A DNA stretch of 63,200 nt, counting the filler, from Choristocarpus tenellus KU-1152 (taxonomy: Eukaryota > Protista > Phaeophyceae): the NCBI GenBank assembly GCA_964200185.2. It is 9 parts of 9 records of this genome, joined end to end, with 100 filler letters (N's around TTAATTAATTAA, not from the genome) between each part and the next. Parts side by side here need not be neighbours in the genome. Positions count along the whole stretch, not along the records: positions 1 to 8,507 come from CAXNAD020004638.1; positions 8,608 to 14,292 come from CAXNAD020010017.1; 7 more parts are not named here. One strand, given 5' to 3'. The first letter of the stretch is position 1, and the number at the start of each line of letters is the position of its first letter. The notes beneath the pieces were generated by a model. That model had not been told where the DNA came from, ran no database searches, and saw only the letters and a list, made by a program, of their open reading frames with translations. The translations under genes were made by a program, and so were the position numbers. Of the stretch, positions 1 to 12,805 are shown piece by piece.

Positions 1-145
1 TCCGGACACACCTTTTCAGGACTTACACATTTTACCTACTGCGAAACTTTTTGGAGTGGGAAAATGTCATAAAATACACCAGGGGAAGTCAAGGTTTAAA
101 TGGACAAACAGGGCAAAACCCGTACCCTCTAAGATACTTTCACTC
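1..145. mobile_element. MITE family A, partial (cut by window start)
   Basis: Ends in family TIR GTACCCTCTAAGATACTTTCACTC; body matches copies at 9618, 39604 and 40729. Confidence 0.85.
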
Positions 146-3100
146 TTATCTGAAGTTCATGTGGCATCCACTACGGATTGCATAGTAGTTGTAATATCCT
201 ACCTGTCCCTATGCCACCACAAAAACGTCAAACGATTAACGAATAAGATGTTGAAGCTTCATTGCCTTGTATCACCGGTGCAGGCAGGTCCAGCATAAGA
301 TTTGAGGCAGGAGATAGAGTGATGGGACGGCAGAACTCAACACACGAGAACCAAGGAGTGAATGGAGATAGTACAATAAGTTGTGGTGTGTTGAGAGTGA
401 AATTGAAAATTCTGTCCAGTTCACAATATTATAGACGTGTGAATCACTCACGTCATGTCGTCGTACGTTTTGTTTGGTGGTCAACAAAAAATAGTGCTCC
501 ATGTATAAATTTCCAGGGTTGGAATCCCCTCAACACTGCACCTCTTTTCGTGGAAATCTGTTTTCGATCATTCAAACTCCACATGGCAAGCCCTGCAATT
601 TACCATTACCGCCCGTACTACCCTATCTGTCGCTGTCCAACAAAATGGCAATAAACCCCAACAAAAGAGGACGTGATTATGGCGAGGCTCCATTATTTGC
701 CGAGTAATGTCAAGGTGGATCCAGCTCAGTAAGATTCGAGGAAAAAGTGGAGTGACGACTGATAGGATGACTGAACCCAAGACATGAGAAGCAAGGCATG
801 GGCATATAGGCACACAACCAAAATAGTTACGGCACAAAAGTTAATTACAGTGCGTAGACAGTTTGAGATGTAGTGCAGCATGCAGTGCCTTTGATCACAC
901 ACGCATCTGGATAGCCCCAAAATGAATCAACAAAGGAAGTATCCCAGAGTGGGGTGGATTTAGATTATTTTGGTCTCAAGGGGTTCATAATTGTTGTGCC
1001 TGACACCCATTACGATGGGCCAAATCCAGGTAGCCCTCATCGGGAGTCTGCAAATGTAGAGGGTATGTTGAGATCGAGGAAATTGCCCATTCAAGAAAAA
1101 TGCACAACTCCACACATCACATAAAATTCAGAAATCATAGAAACTCCTCACAATCAACGAAAGGCACTCCACTGTGGAATACTTTCGCTCCAAATAACAT
1201 ACAGATTAGCAATGGCAATAAAATAGCACCTCACTTATCTACGTAATGTCACCAGTAAGATCAAAGTATTAGCACAGTGCTACAAGGAACAATCATACTG
1301 TTTACATACTTTCAATTTAGTGTACTTTCGTGTTTTCGTAGAAATAAGTACTTTGAAGAAGGAGACCTTCAATTGAAAAAAAAAGGTAAACACATCAACT
1401 ACCGCTATTTGTACTGTGCTGTTGTGCGTAAAGTGAAGAGGGAAGGGACAGTCACGCAGAGAACAGAGTTAGCAATCATTCACTGCATGCCCTACATACA
1501 AACTATATGGATGCCATAATAATACTAATAATACTCCCCTTAGAGTTTATTAGTAGTTTTGTAATTCGTACCAATGATAGTGATCGTACTGTTGTTTCAT
1601 AGAAACGCCCGTTTCCCGGTCTTCGACTAGAAACTACTACATACAACGAATCATTGTAGCTACCTACTACTGTATATTACTACTCTCCTGTTGAACTACT
1701 ACTTATATTGACTTCAGTGTTTCCAAGGATGATACCTCACCCACTATAAATAGGAATACTGTAGTCAGACAACAATACGGTAAACAGTACTATTATGAGT
1801 TGAAAATAGTGGTAGTTCGGCTAACACTTGCTACTACTAGATATAATTTGCTTGTGTTGATCACTAATATAACAATAATGCATCTTGATTTTGAATTTCA
1901 ACACCAGCCAGCGATGTGTGATTAGTTCTAAGTTGTTGAGGTCATTGATTCGTGATTTGTTCACTATCTGCCATGACCAGTAGTAGTGCTAACCTTTGGG
2001 ACCCATTAATTGACAATGATGCATTTCACTCACCAAATGATGTGCTATCATCATGTGATTATTGAAAGTGAGTCATCCTATCTTAGAGGGGGGTTTGATT
2101 TATTTAGGCCCGTAGGAGTATCTAGGACTTTCAAAATCTTTTGCCTGACACACAATTTCACATACCCCAAATGCAGCTATCTCTCCTTACGGCGTTGTGG
2201 CAGAGGAAGAGGAGAAAAAAGTTTACCCAGATTGCTTGACCTTTCCATCCAGAATGCAGTCATATGAACCCCAAAATACTTAACCACACCTCCCTTGAAG
2301 ATAGGTCTCACTCGATGCTCATCACAGCATACATTGCAATAAACGTTCACACCCACTGCTTTGTGTGGTGATACACAAGAAATGTTGGCACTTGAAGCGA
2401 CCTGGCTGATAAAATTGCTCAAACTACTGCCTGGTGAACTCTTCTTACCAAGGTAAAACTCTCTGGTTTCCCTCCTGTCCTGATGTGGTATAGTTGACAA
2501 AACCGTGATTGGCGCATACCATCCTAGGACAAAGCTTTGGGATTGGTGTGTGTGTGTGAGAGATCACAGAATCCTGCCCAAGTAAGAACTCTGCCTTCAC
2601 CAGACAAAAAACTGAGGGTCCACCCCATAACAGCTTGTTGTAGCAAAACTGACAAACATGTCTCTGGTTTCATATGTATGTTCCTTGATAACAGCTTCAA
2701 ATTTACTTGCTATCAATCACCCCTACTTCATATACTAGTAATTGTTTGGAGATCTAAATACGGAGATATCTGCAATTATGTCATGTGTATGTAGAGCTTC
2801 ACGACAAAGTATTCCAGATATTGTGTGTACAACACCTACTTGTATTTGCTGCAATACATAATCATTGACTGCAATTGATTGTACATGAGAAGGCAACACT
2901 TTTCTACCGTTTGACAACTGGTCTTTAACCCACTTGAAATACTACAATGCAACCAAGGTGTCTAAATAGACTGGAGTACTGCACAGTCTACAACAGAATA
3001 TAACGAGTGAAATAAAGAAGGCGTCAATGCCCCACAGTACCAACACTGTCAATTCTGTACAATACACAATTCCATTGTTTAAGGGCTTGAGGTCACACTG

Positions 3101-3803
3101 GGTTCAAACCCTCTATTTGTTGAGTGTCTTTTACAAAGGTTGCAGACTCAAGGAAGATCAACTTCTCCCTGCATTTAATTGGACTGGCTGTAAGCTAACA
3201 CAAAACTTTGATGACAGGATACATTTTGCCGGAATATTGAACTAGGGACCCTACCCCCCCAAAATGATTCTGTACGACAGAATACATACACCTCTGTAAG
3301 CTGAAACAGAGTGACACATCAAACAAATAAAACAAAAAGTTAACAAGCCACACCACACTCTTGCGACATTCTTCTCCATCTGATCATGAGGCCACAGTAT
3401 CTTCTGAGCACTCACTGCCAACTCTGACCGTCGCTGTCATGAATGGTCACTTTCCATTGAAATATTGACAGCAGTGCTCTTAAGTCCATGAAGAACATCA
3501 ACAATTGTCTATTAACTGCGCACACTCCTGAATCATGAACAAACATGAGGACTGCACACCCTCTTCCAACTCCTCCCCCCGGAACACATTTGCCTGGGGC
3601 CACATTACACACACCCATGCAGATCATGCATTTCCATGATACTACTAGTTCCCACATAAAAAATACAACAGAAGACTTGAGGAGTTTTCCCGCACCAATC
3701 TCTGCTCTCTTCAAACACGAGCGAGTCACACAAAACTATTCACCCCCCCCCCCCCCCCCCCCCCCCACAAACGCGAATGGGGTGCAGCTGTTGTACCTCA
3801 AAC

Positions 3804-6800
3804 TCAACCCGTGACTTCCCCACCCTGGGCAGCCTCCTTTGCCATGGTGATAAACTCTGTTTGAAGTGAAGCCCAGTCTTCTGCTGCCTCTGCCCCCTCA
3901 GCCTCACTCAGCTCACTTCCCTTCCGCAGCACAGCCCCCAGCACTTCTGCTCGGGCCACACTATTCAATGCCCCTGCCAGACTGCCCTTACCACGGTGGG
4001 CAGCCATCACCAGCTCCATGCAACGGCGCAGGATAGCTAGTGGCAGCAGGGAGAGAGGTGACTGAATGACAGACATTATGGATTGTGCAAGCGCCTCCTC
4101 TGCTGCCACTGCATCTGCCTTGACCTGGGATAGGGAGGCTGAGGGTGAGATTGACTAGTCCTAGTCCAAGGAGGTTAGCAAAGTTACCTACTACTGTACC
4201 ACAAAATTCCCCACCAAAAGGGGTATGGGGTGGGGGGCAACATGGAGTAGATGCTTGACTTTGATGAGTAAGTGGAGGTTTAAAATCTATTCGAGACATT
4301 TTGAAACCACCCTCCTGCAAAACAAAAAGCACTAACAGGCACAGTACAATACCAAGAGAGCACTACATCAATGACACTCCACACTAGGGTTCACCTTTCT
4401 TGAACCAAAAATACAAAGCCTTCTAGAAGACAATCATAATCAATGCTAAGGTGGGCAAGCCACTCACTACACAAGCATTCACAATGATTTCCGACATGAC
4501 CCCTATCACCTCCATACCCAACCATGCATGCCTACTGCCAAGAGTGTTGATGAGAGGTGAGGGGTGTGGAAAACTATCTGTTACATGTGCTTCACTCTAC
4601 CTGCTCACTGGGAGCATGTCGCAATGTAGCCGCTGGAGCCCTGGCCAATGTCAGACCAAGAACACTAGGCATCAGTGCCCACTGCTGCTCCGGGAGCAGC
4701 ATGGACAGACATCGGGACATCAGCTTTTGTCCCTTAGTGAGCTCCAGCACTGTAGACAGTGCTCTGAGGTCCAACGACTCTTCTAGGCTTGAGGCATCCG
4801 GCGGGTTCTCCTGTTTCAAACAGGGTTGGAAGAGAGGGTAGGATGGACTTAGCCACAACCAAAAGCATGTCAAAGTGGAACACTTCGAGTGCCCCCTTGC
4901 ATGATCTTCGTATCAATATTAGATGGATGTGGGACAACGGGGAAGAGAGGCCGCACTACAGGACCTTCACAATATCATTTACAGGCTAGCTGTTAATTGT
5001 CCTCCTCCAATCGCTCGTAAGTAGTTTTATCAAGGTGCCTGCGCCAACCTTTCTATCCCCACAACGAAGAGGAAAAACAAGACAATCACACGGTTTTTAG
5101 CATTGAAATATGAGATACATTCTATCCTCTTTCAACCCATTGAGTACTCCTCTGTTGAGTGGTCCTTACATTCTCAATCACAGATCGGCGAAGCCCTAAG
5201 GACACTGCAAGGTCTACAATGACCCGTCGCAGTTCCACTGCCACTTCATTCTTCTTGGCCAGGGGCGTGGTCGGCAGGTGCAGCAGGTAATTCAGCTGTG
5301 GGGCATGAAGTAGGGGGTGCTGTGTACTCTTAAGGTGCATGTGGACACAGGTTGCAAATAGAGACAATACTGGATCAAGTTCAAGAAGCGTTGACCACAG
5401 TACATACAATTGGACCTTGAGGGGGGGGGGGGTCCTCATAATAAGCGACTCCAATACACTACTAGAAAGTGGTCTTTTAGTTGACATGCGTGATAATGTA
5501 AATAGCACAGAAGGAATTTTCTAGGAAAAAGATTTGTAAGGTGAGCACAAAAAGTGACGGGCAAGGCTGGGAGGACGACAGCATGGAAAAAAACGGTAGA
5601 GCAGAATGGACACTGATCCTAACTTCGAATATTCAGCTTCCAAAGATGCATTTGGAGCAACATAGGGCGCAGTGACCTCTAGGGGGCAACAAAATCAGGC
5701 ACATACAAAACTGACCTCGAACGCAGCCAGCATGGCATTGCTGGCCTTCTGTATAGCAACTCGTGCCCGCCACAAATGTGTTTCAAATGGAGCTCCACTT
5801 GACACCATAGCCTCCCCCTCCGCCTGCGTCTCTTCCTCAGGATCGGTGCCTGATTCGTCAGGAGGAAAGGGGAGGGGGGGTAGGAGGGTTGAAACAGTGG
5901 GGGGTAAGGTATGAAATAGGAACGTTAACAAAATTGTGTTTGGCCAAAATTTGATACATAGATGTATGTCCACAACTACTGTATTGGGTCCTTCCTGTAA
6001 CATATGGTAGAGGTGTTGGCAAAGGCACAGGGTCTGAGAATATTTGCAATCGGAGGAGATGGAAGAGGGGTAGTAGTAGCTCCCTAAACAATGTGGGTAT
6101 CTCCGAGTTCAGCCAACAACACGTGTCGGAACGTTTATACGACAACATTGCGAGCACAATTCCATTCTAAAAAGATACTCTAAAAAGATATTACAAAAAG
6201 ATATGACATCAGGATTACCCCTGACAGTAAAAAAACTCCACAACCCTGAGACTCGATGTTCAAAGAAAAGTAAGCTAAACTGACAAAAACAGCTCCAACA
6301 CTTAACCCTCAAAATACTGTGTTATGCTAAACAATACCACAGGTGCATAGAGAGGGTGCTAAACAACAAAGAAAGGTGCTACCTTTTACGACTATCCATA
6401 ACCAGCAAACATCGGTGGGATGAACTTTTGTACCCCCTGTGAAATGCCAACAGCCCCTTCATTGCCAAAGTGGCAAGTAACCCTCAAGTGGCAACGGCAT
6501 GGGACCTGCAAGAAACCCACAAAAGACAACAAATGCCCCTCAAGTGACAATTGACTTGAATCAATTTGCTGGAACCCCCCCCCCGACTTACTTCTACCTG
6601 CTGCTACAAAAGCTACAAGGTAATTTGCACCCCCTAACTCGCCAGACAACACCAGGAGAGCCCTGGGGCGATGGACTTCGGATCGAGCATGATGACCCAG
6701 CACTCGATTCTCACTCTCCCATTCCTTAATCCGTTTCTTAGCCGCATCAGCCTGGTCCTCCTTCACCTGAGAAGGTATAGTTGGGGGAGGGGCAGGCCAG

Positions 6801-8507
6801 GAAATTTGTGATGCACTTGCCACAGTAGGTCCATCTCGCGGTATAGGGGTGTGACCACAAGTAAGTGGTGTGGTCCGGGCGAACAAAACGGCCTATCTCA
6901 CCTACACCCAAATGGGAGGAAGGGAGTCGAGGAATATGGCACACACAGACAGCAGCACAGCTGTAACAAGCTCATATTTTTGTTGCACTCGATGCTCAAC
7001 CCAGAAAAAAAATAATATCTATAGATAAATATATAAATAAGAAAGGAGATACAAACAAGTGTCCTCCGCGCAGTGGGCAGACTGCACCATACAGGAGATA
7101 CAAACCGAGCCCCTTGAGTCCACACGCTGTTTAACATCGATTGCTACCGCCTTACTTGAGTCCGCTTCTTACCTTCCTTGCAATTTGCTTTGTCTCTTGC
7201 CAAACGGGGAGTGGCATTGGGATTGGCAATGGCATTGGCGGCGGAGGCACCATCCCCTGTTATCATACGAAGGGAGACAGGAGTGCAAGAAACGAGATCA
7301 CACAAAGTCATCGTGAAGAGCTTTGAAACTTGGTGACAGTATGCAGGAACAGCATCAACTACTCCCCTCTCACAGGCCTTGCAAAGGGCATCACCCAGTG
7401 ATATGGAGGCATTATATTCAAAGAAAACAGTAAGGCATGACCCCGACATCCTCTCCCTTGTCATTCAACACAAAACCAAGCGGAGACACCCAGCCCATTA
7501 CTGGAAGAGATGGAACAAAATTATATACCAACCACCAACAAGATAAGAAGGACCATGACTACGACCAGTTGCTTCTTCTGAGGAGAGAGGAGAGCCAAGC
7601 AAAACGCCCGCAAAGCGAAACAGGGCTAGAGCAAGGGACTGCGAAGGCTCTATCTCACGCCCGGAGGAACCAGAGAGGCGCTGCACACTCTACCCAAAGA
7701 GGTTTGTGAAAAAAACACAACAATCGCAGCTCATCCAAGCAGACTCCTTTGTCCTCCTGAAATAGTCTCTCACGTTGGAGGCGGTGTATCCTGCACACAT
7801 GTCCCTCTGGTGCTTTTCCTGCTTTCGGCGGACAGCGTTGTGAAAATAAAAGTCATCATTGAAAGGATCGGACGTCTCAAGGGCACGCATCTGTGCCATG
7901 ATGACGTACCTAAGAGAGCGGAAAGCAGCAGAGGTGGGGAAGAGAGGAAGGTACGGGAGGGAGCTTACACCTTGCAAGGTACTCTTGTATGTACCCTTTT
8001 TTGTCCTACATATTTGATGGATCGTGCTTTCCTTCGACCACGCGAGAGAGAGACAATACTCAGCGCCTAGATTTCAAGGTTAATATTATATATTTTTTCT
8101 GTCACATGCAGCATGCAGAATCTCCGGCAGCCCACGGCAAGCTCCCTCCCAAAATAGTGAGGGAGATAGCAATGCATGCGATGTGCTGAGCTGTGCTTAC
8201 GGAAGACTAAAACACCCTCAACAACAGAGAGGGTCATGTAAATAGCGCGCACTAAGTCAAGTAAATTCATCACATCCTTTGTCGTCTCCTCACAACTTGC
8301 CTCGTGTCGTAGGCCGTCATCAGCTCCCCTCTTGGAAACATCTCCACCGGTGGTGGAGGAGGCCTCCCATCAGGTCTGCCCCTTCCTGGAGAGTGCACGT
8401 GCTGGCGCTGCGGAACACCAGGTGGGAAATACTGTGGCAAGGGGAACGGCATCCCCCTCTCACCCACCCCCCCACTGCCGACTGGGAGGAGCATATGTGG
8501 CGGAAGG
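3804..8507 (-). CDS. PAT1: PAT1-like mRNA decapping activator, 5'-truncated at spacer. Exons: 8507-8301, 7909-7774, 7256-7173, 6766-~6630 (donor uncertain), 5849-5716, 5295-5170, 4810-4601, 4124-3804
   Basis: Pro-rich N-terminal part, then GELMTAYDTR|YVIMAQMRALETSDPFNDDFYFH (PAT1 mid-domain LM...DP..DDFY motif), RVLGHHARSEVHRPRALL and helical C-terminus with KGQKLMSR. Exon phases join; TGA stop at 3806-3804. Confidence 0.85.
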
Positions 8508-8607
8508 NNNNNNNNNNNNNNNNNNNNNNNNNNNNNNNNNNNNNNNNNNNNTTAATTAATTAANNNNNNNNNNNNNNNNNNNNNNNNNNNNNNNNNNNNN
8601 NNNNNNN
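8508..8607. other. Artificial contig spacer (44N-TTAATTAATTAA-44N); identical spacers at 14293-14392, 18370-18469, 28213-28312, 37123-37222, 44249-44348, 52130-52229, 56963-57062
   Basis: Eight identical 100-nt spacers; the core gives stops in all six frames; genes are cut at these points. Confidence 0.97.
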
Positions 8608-8627
8608 CCCCCCAGATACTTTAAGCC
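8608..8627. mobile_element. MITE family B right end (cut by spacer)
   Basis: CCCCCCAGATACTTTAAGCC matches the family B TIR seen at 28641-28816. Confidence 0.65.
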
Positions 8628-8927
8628 TTAAGAAGCCCCTAACTGTCCATCCATGTCCTGCCGTTCGTTATCTTAGACCCGCTACCCTCAAGGTGTTGAC
8701 AGAGGAAAATAGTAATGATAACTTCTTGCCTCGATTATTTTTAGTCTGCTCTGGGAGAGGAGGATTCTCACGGACTGATCCACCGGCCACTGTAAACTGT
8801 CTCTCCCCTGAAGAAGAGGTTTGGGTACTGAGTCAAACCAATTTAAAGGTAGACAGGTTTGGACACTTTCGCATTCTAGGTCATATTTCTTACCCTGTGT
8901 AATACATTCTGTTTCATTCTTTTATGT

Positions 8928-9178
8928 GAACCAAAGTAAACTAGAGATACCCAGGTATAGTTGATTTGCATTTTAAGTTATTTTTGCAATTCGACCATGG
9001 AACATGTAGTTCTGCGTTTGTCTTCAGAGCATTGCTTTCGCTATTGTTTAAAAACAATCTGACACAATTCAGAAAATATCCTGTATATACCTGTTAAATA
9101 AAACCGAATTTTGTACATAATTGTAGTTGTCAGTATCCTCAAAATTAAACTCTTGGTATCTCTTGTTTACTTCGGCTC
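8928..9178. mobile_element. MITE family C (GAGCCAAAGTAAAC-type TIR); partial second copy at ~26254-26435
   Basis: GAACCAAAGTAAACTAGAGATACC ... GGTATCTCTTGTTTACTTCGGCTC inverted termini; TGT on both flanks; internal CAATTCAGAAAATA-CCTGTA shared with ~26407. Confidence 0.65.
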
Positions 9179-9617
9179 TGTGCGCAATAGTGTATACAAA
9201 TTGATATTCCCTCTTTCCATACGAAAAGTGACACCACAATTCAGGAAAAGACTCTTTCTCCATTTGTACAAAATTGCGTATTTTTGTCTTTGAAGGGATC
9301 CCTAAAATGCAACCTTGCTTACCTCTCAATTGGTTTGGCTCTACTTAGGACTCGTCAATGCTTGGAGAACACCAGTTTTGGTTCAAATACTTGGGTCCAC
9401 ATTTCTATTTAGACACATAACCAGAATGCAAGTGTACATTTCCATACTTCTTGAGCACATGTATACGAATGTAGATACGTGTAGGTCTATAAAATACATT
9501 ATCCATCTCACACACGCAACCAAATCAACCAAATATCGCGACAAGGTAAAGACAGTCACTATCACCTCCCAGACACTTTGTCTCTGACATGGAAATGGTA
9601 GGACAGCAATGATATTT

Positions 9618-9875
9618 GAGTGAAAGTATCTTAGAGGGTACGAGCTTTTCCTCTTTGTCCATTTGGGGCTTGGCTTCCCACGGGTTTTTAATGATATTTT
9701 ACCTACTCCAAAATGTTTCGGAGTAGATAAAATGTACACGTTATGAAAAGGTGAGTCCGGAACAAGGATATTGACATCTCCTAACAAATATGATGGCCAA
9801 AATTACATCAAAATTGCAACATTGGATTTTGACCCCCAAATGGACGTGGCTCGACCCTCTAAGATACTTTGGCTC
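9618..9875. mobile_element. MITE family A, 258 bp, TSD ATTT
   Basis: GAGTGAAAGTATCTTAGAGGGT ... ACCCTCTAAGATACTTTGGCTC; ATTT at 9614-9617 and 9876-9879. Confidence 0.92.
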
Positions 9876-10799
9876 ATTTCAGTTCTTGTTCTCTTTGTGT
9901 TTGCAACTACTTCTATCGATTTTTTTTCAATTCTCCACTACTCTGTAACGTTAACATAGAGTTGGGCATTGTGGTTAATCCTGAAGAATGGTGCAGGATT
10001 GAAAGATGAAAAGGATGTATTTGGAGAAGGAACAGAAACTTTTTTTTTCCTAATGGCCATGAGTACTACATGAGGGGGCAGCATGCAGCATTAGAACCTG
10101 GGGAAGGAAAACATGACTGATTTATCAAATAACTGCTGTTACCAGCTGGGACAACAAAAACAGTACCAGAGAATTGAAGTTGCGTGCCAGCAACCTCTAA
10201 ATGTCGAATCCTCAGGTAAGATCAAATAAATCTCAGTACTGACAAGACAACTTGCTGAAATTAACTTGTGAAGGCATGTCGCTCAAGTGGAAATTCTTCT
10301 CACTCACTTCGCCTGTAGGCTCACTAAACATCGAGGCTCTGCATCAGGAGTGAGACGAAGATGCATATGTGCAGAATGGTTTGCTCAAACCATGATGCGA
10401 CTGACTTGCCTCTGGGTAGAATCTAGAAGCCTTCCAAATTAGGGCCATCAGTGATGGAACTTCACTGCTAGACTCCTAGTCCACCATCGCATTCAACTTA
10501 GATAAGAAAATATTAAAGGTCAATATGCAGGTACGCTATGACAGGATAGTAACATAGTGCTCTTTATCGGGAATAAAATGCGAACAGAACGTGCGCATGC
10601 GCACGACACAGAACTAGACTGCGCCTCATTTCAACGGGGTTCTCGCCAGTTACAACGTACACTACGCATGACAAAATTCGACATTCGTTCCCTTTCACAG
10701 AACAGAATAACCCGAAAAATGAAATATTGTATTACGAAATGTCACAGTAGGTATCACTGATGAACTTTTAACCTAAAAAAATATTTGATCGTCATGGAA

Positions 10800-11000
10800 T
10801 TTGAATTTCTTCAAACTCGCCTCTGTAATCTGCATCAATTGTTCCAAGTTGACTTTAAAACATATTAATTCTGACCTCTAACTTTGATGCACTTTATACT
10901 ACCCCTCCCAGCATTAAAACGGTATATTGGAATATTAGCACTCGTCCAGTTGGTACCGTGTCTCTCCCTTCCATGTCAGAAGTGCATGTTTTGTAACTTT
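10800..11000 (-). pseudogene. dUTPase relic (frameshifted, with stop)
   Basis: GTIDADYRGE (dUTPase motif 3) at 10845-10816, preceded at canonical spacing by VPTG (10956-10945); motif 2 RSG not recognisable. Confidence 0.6.
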
Positions 11001-11545
11001 TGAACCAGATCTCCAAAAGGAACAACTGTATAATAGGATTAGCCCAGATGCAAACTGAATTTGATGGTATTCTGTGACCTTTGGGATAGATTCCCTCAAA
11101 AAGAACAAGGTTATCTGTTGATTTACTGAGGTCGTATACGGAGATCTATATTTTGTAGGTGTATACTATGATTGGGTCAAACATGAACTGACTCTGACTG
11201 TGTCTTGCGACGTTTGGAGATTCATCCTCAAAATAAACAAGGGGATATTTCGATCATTTTTGGAAACAACTGGTTTATTTGGAACTGGAGTCCTTGTGCT
11301 GGAAACAACTGGAAATTTGAATCTGGAAGTCCCTGTGAAACCAATTTGGGAAGTATTTCTTTTGGAACTTTTGGCTTGTGATCCAATGGCAACCAATACA
11401 TGCTGGTGCAGCACGATTGAGGTGATAGACGATATATTTTGTCCTAGGCTATGCCAATCGCCTATGGTAAAAACTAATTTCACTCTGAGGGGCATGTTAC
11501 AGGCGATTAGCATGTCTTCTTTCGCGCTCTAACCAGGGTGAACAG

Positions 11546-12075
11546 TCTTGGTATGAAATTCCCTACTTCTGTTATATTTGCTATGACACTCCCACTTTAA
11601 TGATATTGTGAAATATTGTTCTTATTTATTTATATATGACTGTGAGGCATTATCTTGGTGTCTTGCAGTTGTTTGTATTTGTAGTTCTGAAGGGGGGGGG
11701 ATCCATGGCAGTACCCTACTTCAGTGTTATAGTGATTTTGCGCCTGTATTCATTTGTGCTGATAGTTGTGAATGGGGAAAGTCTTGCTATGATACTCCCT
11801 ATCTTTATGTTATTGTGAGAGGGTTGTCTTTATTTGGTTGTATGTTCTTAGTGCGTAGGGAGGGTAAGCCTTTCCATGGCAGCACCCTATCTCTTCGTGA
11901 ATATCAGACATTGTCTTGGTATCCTGCAGTCTTTTGTGTTTATAGTTCTCAAGGGGAGAGTGTTTCCCTGACAGCACCCTCTTGCTCTGTGACTGTGGGA
12001 CATTATTTTTGCCTCTGTATTTCTTTGTGTCCCATTGTTTTGAAAAGGGAAGAGTCCTTTCAGAACTGTATCCTA
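11546..12075. repeat. Degenerate tandem repeat, ~80-120 bp spacing
   Basis: Recurring ATG(G/A)CA..CCCTA-like motif near 11582, 11705, 11788, 11876, 11968; TCTTGGT.TC.TGCAGT at ~11652 and ~11914. Confidence 0.55.
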
Positions 12076-12805
12076 TTTTGACACACGAGTATAAGAATCT
12101 AGCGTACGAGGTTTCTTTTGAACGTTGAGTCAAATGCAGAGTGAGTGCCGTGAAGTGCTAGTGTCACGCTAGCAAAACTATCCTATCGCCAGGGCAAACT
12201 TTGGAAGGTTTTTTTTTTCTCCAGGTTTCCTACCCCGTTGGATCCCCAACGCAGGCTAGTGTATATAAGAACCCAGCGGTGATATTCATTTCATTTCTGC
12301 AACGTCAATCATAGGGCAAGGAGCGGCAAATTATTTCCTTGTCCAATTGCTTGTTTTTCGCACTGAAGCAGTTATGCTTCATGCTCGTGGGGCATATTGC
12401 AGGCGATATGTCTCGATGGCGGTTTCATTAACGCCATTATGACCTTTAAGTCGTATATTTTATATATTTGTACTTCTCGACAATTTATTTGATATTTGGT
12501 AATGATGGTCCCCCAAGGAGATGGGACATCGTTGACCAGTTCGTTTTATATCCTGATGATACTTATGAAGTGACTAATGGAAGTGAGAGGTACGGCATAC
12601 GTGACGACTTGTGCATCATAAAGCCCCTTGTACGAGCTTCATCGACCGCATACATTCTTATGGGTTGGAGTAGCATATCCCATCATGGGAAGCTTGCAGA
12701 ACGTTTTGTAACACATCGCCTTCATACTGCAGCGCTTATTCTGTCCCCATGGAGGTTTGGGGGGTCCTCAGTGGAGTACAGGTACACGCCTTGCCCATCT
12801 TTGAG

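Noticed and set aside
2100-3300. Possible decayed coding sequence (ORFs 2177-2500, 2735-2917)
   Set aside because: No recognisable motif or consistent splice structure.
8552-8563. TTAATTAATTAA recurring eight times as a biological motif
   Set aside because: Always centred in identical N padding; it is an assembly linker.
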